This document shows, in pieces, positions 56,001-64,000 of a DNA stretch of 64,000 bases. The translations under genes were made by a program, and so were the position numbers. Each line of letters starts with the position of its first letter. Position 1 is the first letter of the stretch. The notes beneath the pieces are model-generated. The model saw nothing but the letters and a program-made list of their open reading frames with translations. It made no database searches and was not told the DNA's origin. Origin of the DNA: Macrostomum lignano (taxonomy: Eukaryota); contig NIVC01002073.1 in NCBI GenBank assembly GCA_002269645.1, forward strand, positions 62,001-126,000. Direction: 5' to 3'.

Positions 56001-58256
56001 GTTGGGGTAATTGAGGGTGTGTGGCGTCTCCTCTCCAGTGCATGGACTGAACAGCCGTACACAGCCTTCAGATGCGCCGCGCAATAGCTGCGGCTGAGCT
56101 TTCGGTTGCACATCTGTCCATTAGGGAAGATGTAATCAATTATTTCTCTAAGTAAAAAGAATTAATTTCTGGTAGCTCAGCTCCAGTCTATATTTGTTTC
56201 GCATTCGTAATCATGTAGATTGTACATTCGAAGCAAAGCATACTACTTGTGTACAATTCCTTTTATACTGTGTCTTATAAGCGTCAGAATTACGTACAGT
56301 GCCATTCGGCATCCTGAATCCAAACTCATTAGAATCAATAAAATCATCAGAATATGAACTACAGAAAATACGGAATTTCAAGGCCACATTACAAACAAAC
56401 GTGGGCTACAAGCCATACGCTCGTACTACGAGTAGTATGCTTTAAAGGGCCTGAAATTTGAGTCATAACAGTTGATCAATTATGTTTATATTAAACTGAT
56501 ACAAAACTGATTGTGAGATTGTGTGCTGATAAATTAATAGCAGTTAATTAGCGGTTAAATCAGCTCGGACAGCAACTATCTAATATAAACCATAAATAAT
56601 TATAGTAGCAACCTCTTTATTACTCACTGAGCCGTTAAAAAGTAAATTTTAAACGCAATCTAAAGCGTAAATAGCGAATTCAAAAAGAAACTGAATGATA
56701 TTAGATTGTAAGTCACACAGTTAAGTTTAATTTTATAATTGGTAATTATGTTTGACAAAACGTGACAAACTCGCTTATTAAAGTGACATTATTTTGTATA
56801 TCTGCAACAAATTAACGGTTTGAAACTAAAATTACCTCTTCTTCAGACTGAAAAATGAATTGAGAAGTCACTACTAATTATCAAGACCAATTTAAATTGA
56901 ATTAAAAAAAGAAAATAACTAACTGAAGTGGACTAACTCAGCTGAAATGGACGCTTCTGTTTACCCAGGAAATGACACTACTTACCCAGGAAATGACACT
57001 ATTTACCCAGGAAATGACACTATTTACCCAGGAAATGACACTATTTACCCAGGAAATGACACTGTTTACCCAGGAAATGACACTGTTTACCCAGGAAATG
57101 ACACTGTTTACCCAGGAAATGACACTGTTTACCCAGGAAATGACACTGTTTACCCAGGAAATGACACTGTTCACCCAGGAAATGACACTATTTACCCAGG
57201 AAATGACACTATTTACCCAGGAAATGACACTATTTACCCAGGAAATGACACTATTTACCCAGGAAATGACACTATTTACCCAGGAAATGACACTATTTAC
57301 CCAGGAAATGACACTGTTTACCCTGAAAATGACACTGTTTACCCAGGAAATGACACTATTTACCCAGGAAATGACACTATTTACCCAGGAAATGACACTA
57401 TTTACCCAGGAAATGACACTGTTTACCCAGGAAATGACACTATTTACCCAGGAAATGACACTATTTACCCAGGAAATGACACTATTTACCCAGGAAATGA
57501 CACTATTTACCCAGGAAATGACACTATTTACCCTGAAAATGACACTATTTACCCAGGAAATGAGACTATTTACCCAGGAAATGACACTATTTACCCAGGA
57601 AATGACACTATTTACCCAGGAAATGACACTATTTACCCAGGAAATGACACTATTTACCCAGGAAATGAGACTATTTACCCAGGAAATGACACTATTTACC
57701 CAGGAAATGACACTATTTACCCAGGAAATGACACTGTTTACCCTAAAAATGACACTATTTGCCCTAGAAATGACACTTTTAGCCCTGGTAATGACACTAT
57801 TTATGACCACCTAGATATCACCCTATTTGACCAATCGGAAATGGCACGGGAAATGGAATGATACTATTGCCAATTTCACTGACACTGATGAGTACCTGCA
57901 AACACCTTACAAATAGCTCATAATTAGCTTACCTCTCTCAAGCAGGCGGCCGACTTTTCATTAGACTCCCTACAGAAGGCCAGCATATCGAGTTTCTCTT
58001 GTTCGCCCTGCTCCAACTGTTCAAGCAACTGTTTCACTTGGCGCAGCAGGTCGACTCGCTCCCGCTTCAAGTCCTCAATCTCCTTACAGGTCCGCTGCGC
58101 AGCACTGTCGGGGCCGTCAGAGACGGACAATTCAACGCTGGAATCGTCGCTATCCGATGAATCTTCGCCGCTACTGCTGGCTGAGGCGCTGCCATCTTCG
58201 TCTGTTAGCTTCTGATTGTTATTATTATTTGCAGACGACTTATTGTTGGTTGTCAT
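53083..58256 (-). CDS. Kazrin-like (liprin family) protein: N-terminal coiled coil plus three SAM domains, 4 exons
   Basis: Exons 58256-57933, 55636-55034, 54514-53796, 53476-53083 with consistent phases. RERVDLLRQVKQLLEQLE resembles the kazrin coiled coil. SAM1 LSRWRAEHVAAW...VKSGDILARLTDSDMQRELAI..PLHRRRLRLAI, SAM2 LDCVWLASQLLPSLGL, SAM3 YWS..CLHSWL...SGLHGAYLV. Confidence 0.82.
54535..54905. repeat. 20-24-bp minisatellite, kazrin-like intron 2
   Basis: gtcactgactggactata(gagtct)gt. Confidence 0.9.
55737..56138. mobile_element. Two SINE segments in inverted orientation (minus-strand copy 55737-55991, plus-strand 3' half 55992-56138)
   Basis: The 3' tail occurs in both orientations. The minus copy keeps its tRNA head (tagcctagtggttagag…ggttcgattctcgaccc) but lacks the central domain. 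Confidence 0.88.
56955..57810. repeat. 21-bp minisatellite, kazrin-like intron 1 (about 40 copies)
   Basis: gacactatttacccaggaaat. Confidence 0.97.
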
Positions 58257-58923
58257 GGCAACTCTTCAATTAGGCTTCTTATATGTCTAGTGCAGAGAAA
58301 GATCCTTCTTTAGCAGTCGATAGGACAGGCAGAAACAATAGCCAATTGGCCAACTATGGAGCTGGCTGAATTCGCCATGAATTTGAATTATAGAACAATA
58401 ATTAATTTGCACTACTGATGTCAGTAATACTAACAGCAAAAGACAATTTTTATTTCAAGAAACAATTAACTACAACTTGATTAAATGCCTAATTCAGAAT
58501 TTACTTTGCTATTTAAATTACTAATATATACGACTTCAATACTAGCTTCAATGACACTAAGGCAACTGGGCTAATAAACAAAGCCAACGCACTCACTCAC
58601 ACTTGTCTTAAAGTCTGCCAATAAATATAAAAAACAGCAGGCATGCAGATTAGCCCATTTACTAATTAGTTAAGTCTGCAATACAACCGAACAAGCAAAG
58701 TGAAATCAATCACAAATAATCAGTAGTTGAAGCAATAGTATTTGAGCAATAAATAACAAAGCTGAGACCGACGTTAAGGTAGGGAAAATAATTCACAAGT
58801 TTGCATTGCCATCGATATTTAAATGCGCACGGCTTAGTTGACAAGCAAATTTTACAGCAAATAAATGTTCATTTCTACTATTGCTCTACTTAGTAAGTAG
58901 CAACACAAGCACATTGAAGACAT

Positions 58924-61900
58924 TCACTCGGAAAAGTCGGCTTGATCAACAAATTCTAACAAAGATTTCTCCTCGGCGCGAACAAATCGATATAGCAATT
59001 CAGCCAAATTATCGTGACACCTGTCCATCTGGGCGGCCATTCTAGCATCGAATCCGACAGCTGTAGGCTTCTTCTCATCGGCATTAACTGGCGGGAACAG
59101 GTTCAGCTCGATACCTGCGCTATTATGCAACAATGCCAGTTCCTCAATGGTCTCGGGTAGGATGACGTAATCAGCAAATTGTGGGCAATATTTGAAGCTG
59201 GAGCGCCCTCTGATTAGATTCAATAGCGCGTCTAGCTGGTGCTGGCGCTGCTGCTGTCCCTCGGTTTCTTCGTCTGGCCAGTCCCGCTGCAGCAGCACCA
59301 GACAGTGGCCGATGAGGCAGTCTGGCGCATCGCTAGAGCTGTCAGCCCGGCTGGCTAAGCCAACTAGAAGATCCGCCAAGGTGGCCACCAGCAGGCGCAG
59401 CGCCAGGCCGCAGGTTAGCGGCGCGAGGCACGGCGCCGCGGCCGGAGGTTGAGCGTCGGCTAGCGAGATGGCGGGCGCCGGTGACGAGAGAGATATCAGG
59501 CTGCCATCGGACGGCGACAGGGCTTGGCAGCAGGCCAGGAGCGGGCGGACTGAGGCGGCCTGTGCGATAGATAAAAGTACACAGTTTTAAAGTGCAAAAC
59601 TGAGTAAAACTGATGATAGATAGATAGACGCTGCATAAATATGTAATTGTGTCTAACAGGGACTAATAGAAGATCATTAGACAGGTGTAACTATGGATCA
59701 AACAGGATTCTGGTGAGACTAAATATCTAACAGGATCAGATTGAGGATTAGCAGAGGTCACTAACTTTTTACCTGCCCAAATGGGCAGATGTGCAACCGA
59801 CAGCTCAGCCGCAGCTATTGCGCAGCGCACCTGAGGCTGCGTACGGCTGTTCAGTCCAAGGACGGGTTGAGGGTCGCCACACACCCTCAATTACCCCAGC
59901 TAATGCTGGCACCCATTTTACAGCTCATGGGTGAACTGAAGCAATGCAGAGTTAAGTGTCTTGCTCAAGGACACAATTTGTTCCAGTGGGGTCGAGAATC
60001 GAACCCCCGACCTTTTAGTCGTGAGCTCGATGCTCTAACCACTAGGCTACAAACCATCTACGCCGCTAAATATCTAACAGGAACATGTGTGGGATCATCA
60101 GAGATGGTGTTAACAAACCATAGCTCCCTGCAGCTGAAGGCACTGAGCCTCATAATAGAGCCTGTGCTCAGTAGGCCAAGCCCCCGGCCCTGACGCAAGC
60201 AGGCGCAGCTCCTTCAAGCAGGCAGCCGGCTGTCCAATGTACAGCAGGTGCTCAGACACGATGCTATCTAACCAAGCCAGCCTGACAGCGCCCCGACGCT
60301 GCAGTCGATCCTTGATCGAATCAATTCTTCGCTGCAATTCCGGCCAATCCCGTATTAGCCAAACAATATTGCTGGCCGATAAAAAAGCTTTAGAGGCTTC
60401 GCGGCGAGCAATTGAAACTGTTGGCATTTGCAGTTTGTCGGCTACTGGGCGAAGGCAGTGCAACAGTAGGATGGCGTGACTGGACGAAGCGCTCTCCAAG
60501 TTGGACGCGTCGATGCCCTGGTGAGCAGTTGCCGACGTGACTGACTGTGGCGACGTTGGAGGCGTTGGCGATGTTGAACCCGACTGCTGCCGGGCCAGAC
60601 GGTAAAATCGATTGGCGGCTTCCGCTAGAAGAAGCAGACTAACTGCGGCCAGAGACTTGATCTAGTGGAGGAAAATATTTGGAAATCGCATCTAATCATG
60701 TCTTTGTCCAGACGCAAAATGGCATCTCTTTTATGCATAATAAACCCAATCTAAACGACATCTAGCGATAACAAATGGCACCTAGCGATTACAAATGGCA
60801 CGTCCTAGCGATAGCAAATGGCACCTAGCGATTACAAATGGCACTTAGCGATTACAAATGGCACCTAGCGATAGCAAATGGCACCTAGCGATAACAAATG
60901 GTACCTGGTAGGAAAAAATGGTGTTAACCGATAACAAATGGCACCTAGCGATAACAAATGGCACCTGGTAAAAACAAATGGCACCTAGCGATAACAAATG
61001 GCACCTAGCGATAACAAATGACACCTAGCGATAACAAATGGCACCTAGCGATAACAAATGCCATCTAGCGATAAAAAATGACATCTAGCGATAACAAATC
61101 TTCTACCAATACTAAATTCTTCTTAATACTATGACTACATTAATGTCCGTCAGTTCTCGAGTAAATAAATAAATGTAAAGTTTAAGCACCTGATTAGAAT
61201 CCAATTCTGAACTAGCTGCAGCCGATAGTACAGAATCCGGCTGCCCTCTGGCCAGCTGATGCAACTGCAGGCCCAGCTGGTGGCACAGCCTATCAGCCAG
61301 TTGGCGGCCAGCTACCGGCCAAGAATTGCCAGATAGTTGCCAGCTGTCCAGCAGTGCTTGCTGCTGCTGCTGTGCAGAGCCCACAGCAACGTAAAATTCC
61401 ATAGACATTGTTAACAACTTTCGAAGTAATTTTGAACTTAATTGCACGCTGCCACTACTTGCATTGGCGCCGTCTAGTAGTACGGGAAGCACATCCACAA
61501 CTAGGCATTTTCGATGCTTGTTGAGCACTGTGTCTTCGCAAGAGTCCTACAAAAGTAGAGCGATGGGGATAGGTTATAGATCGCAGGCATTAAAAAACTG
61601 GTCGAGTTTTGAGTTACATCAAAATGCCAACTACGTCAACTGAATCAACTAAACCGGCACTGGAATGGCATCTCCCCAGACCGAAATGGCACCTCTTTAC
61701 ACTGAAATTGCATCTCTCCACACTGAAATGGCATCTCTCCACACTGAAGTGGAATCTTTCCAAACTGAAATGCCATCTCTAAACAGACATGGCACCTCTC
61801 CACACTGAAATGGCATCTCTAAACAGACATGGCATCTCTCCACACTAAAATGGCATCTCTAAACAGACATGGCATCTCTCCACGACTCCACACTGAAATG

Positions 61901-64000
61901 GCACTCTCCACACTGAAGTGGAATCTTTCCAAACTGAAATGCCATCTCTAAACAGACATGGCACCTCTCCACACTGAAATGGCATCTCTAAACAGACATG
62001 GCATCTCTCCACACTAAAATGGCATCTCTAAACAGACATGGCATCTCTCCACGACTCCACACTGAAATGGCACTCTCCACACTGAAGTGGAATCTTTCCA
62101 AACTGAAATGCCATCTCTAAACAGACATGGCACCTCTCCACACTGAAATGGCATCTCTAAACAGACATGGCATCTCTCCACACTAAAATGGCATCTCTAA
62201 ACAGACATGGCATCTCTCCACACTGAAGTGGAATCTCTCCACATTGAAATGCCATCTCTAAACAGACATGGCACCTCTCCACACTGAAGTGGAATCTCTC
62301 CACATAGAAATGCTATCTCTAAACAGACATGGCATCTCTCCACACTGAAGTGGAATCTCTCCACATAGAAATGCTATCTCTAAACAGACATGGCACCTCT
62401 CCACACTGAAGTGGAATCTCTCCACATTGAAATGAATGAAATGAATGAATGAATGAATGAAAATGAAATGAATCTCTCCACACTGAAGTGGCATCTCTCT
62501 ACACTGAAGCGGCATCTCTCCACACTGAAATGGAATCTTTCCAAACTGAAATGCCATCTCTAAACAGACATGGCACCTCTCCACAGAGAAATGCCATCTC
62601 TAAACAGACATGGCATCTCTCCACACTGAAGTGGAATCTCTCCACATAGAAATGCTATCTCTAAACAGACATGGCATCTCTCCACACTGAAGTGGAATCT
62701 CTCCACATAGAAATGCTATCTCTAAACAGACATGGCACCTCTCCACACTGAAGTGGAATCTCTCCACATTGAAATGAATGAAATGAATGAATGAATGAAT
62801 GAAAATGAAATGAATCTCTCCACACTGAAGTGGCATCTCTCTACACTGAAGCGGCATCTCTCCACACTGAAATGGAATCTTTCCAAACTGAAATGCCATC
62901 TCTAAACAGACATGGCACCTCTCCACAGAGAAATGCCATCCCTAAACAGACATGGCATCTCTCCACACTGAAGTGGAATCTCTCCACATTGAAATGCCAT
63001 CTCAAAACAGACATGGCATCTCTCCACACTGAAGCGGCATCTCTCCACACTGAAATGGAATCTTTCCAAACTGAAATGCCATCTCTAAACAGACATGGCA
63101 TCTCTCCACACTGAAGTGGAATCTCTCCACATTGAAATGCCATCTCTAAACAGACATGGCATCTCTCCACACTGAAGTGGCATCTCTCCACACTGAAATT
63201 GAATCTTTCCAAACTGAAATGCCATCTCTAAACAGACATGGCACCTCTCCACATTGAAATGCCATCTCTAAACAGACATGGCATCTCTCCACACTGAAGT
63301 GGAATCTCTCCACACTGAAGTGGAATCTCTCCACATTGAAATGCCATCTCTAAACAGACATGGCACCTCTACATACTGAAATGACATCTCTCCACACTGA
63401 AATGGAATCTCTCCACACTGAAATGGCATCTCTCCACACTGAAATGGAATCTCTCCACACTGAAATGGAATCTCTCCACACTGAAATGGAATCTCTCCAC
63501 ACTGAAATGGCATCTCTCCACACTGAAATGGCATTTCTCCACACTGAAATGGAATCTCTCCACACTGAAATGGCATCTCTCCACACTGAAATGGAATCTC
63601 TCCACAGTGAAATGGCATCTCTCCACACTGAAATGGAATCTCTCCACACTGAAATGGCATCTCTCCACACTGAAATGGAATCTCTCCACACTGAAATGGA
63701 ATCTCCACACTGAAATGGAATCTCTCCACACTGAAATGGCATCTCTCCACACTGAAATGGCATTTCTCCACACTGAAATGGAATCTCTCCACACTGAAAT
63801 GGCATCTCTCCACACTGAAATGGCATCTCTCCACACTGAAATGGAATCTCTCCACACTGAAATGGAATCTCTCCACACTGAAATGGCATCTCTTCAAACC
63901 TGAATAGCTGAAAACAATCAATACAGACACATCGAAGCAGCCTAGATATAGATTCAAGTGCTTGAACGGTTTGGATTGCAAGGAACGAACCTGTTCAGCC
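58924..64000 (-). CDS. INTS10: Integrator complex subunit 10, 3' exons (5' part outside window)
   Basis: Exons 59559-58924, 60661-60119, 61546-61190 with consistent phase, and a probable exon at about 63900-64000 whose donor phase is unresolved. C-terminus LIGHCLVLLQRDWP...FKYCPQFADYVILPETIEELALL...FDARMAAQMDRCHDNLAELLYRFVRAE resembles the INTS10 C-terminus. Confidence 0.78.
59736..60066 (-). mobile_element. Near full-length tRNA-headed SINE in an INTS10 intron
   Basis: tRNA-like head with A and B boxes, central aatgggtgccagc domain and 3' tail. Flanked by the 16-bp direct repeat taaatatctaacagga (59720-59735, 60067-60082), a candidate TSD. Confidence 0.9.
60765..61100. repeat. 20-bp minisatellite, INTS10 intron
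   Basis: ctagcgataacaaatggcac. Confidence 0.9.
61660..63895. repeat. Compound 21/23-bp minisatellite with higher-order duplications, INTS10 intron
   Basis: ctctccacactgaaatgg(c/a)at interleaved with ctctaaacagacatggcat. Confidence 0.96.

Noticed and set aside
55915-60060. Genuine tRNA genes at the SINE heads
   Set aside because: Acceptor stems do not pair, there is no oligo-T terminator, and each head continues into shared SINE body sequence.

Overview
Eukaryotic, intron-rich animal DNA. The gene style, minisatellite-filled introns and GC-rich low-complexity exons suggest the flatworm Macrostomum, but this is inference only. 1-11 kb is a transposon pile-up: a CMC/EnSpm-type DNA transposon (internally deleted transposase plus a spliced BEN-domain accessory gene, with TCCGGA-rich subterminal repeats), carrying a 5'-truncated RT-RNase H retrotransposon with an 11-bp TSD, next to an intact-looking Crypton tyrosine-recombinase element. 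Host genes, left to right: terminal exon of a CYTH/CyaB-like gene (+), a 7-exon Rab GTPase (+) with nested mobile elements in intron 5, a SAXO/FAM154-like gene (+), then six co-oriented minus-strand genes: nanos, AMMECR1, WDR5, an ICT1/mL62 homologue lacking the GGQ motif, a kazrin-like triple-SAM gene, and the 3' part of INTS10. Many introns are filled by their own unrelated 15-42 bp minisatellite, which explains most long repetitive ORFs in the ORF track; those ORFs are not genes. Four copies of a tRNA-headed SINE and two MITEs with clear TSDs are also present. Best leads: the BEN-domain CMC element, the GGQ-less ICT1, the Crypton with paired palindromic end sites, and a possible trans-spliced/operon-like minus-strand cluster. 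All exon, TSD and repeat coordinates were read by eye and may be off by a few bases.
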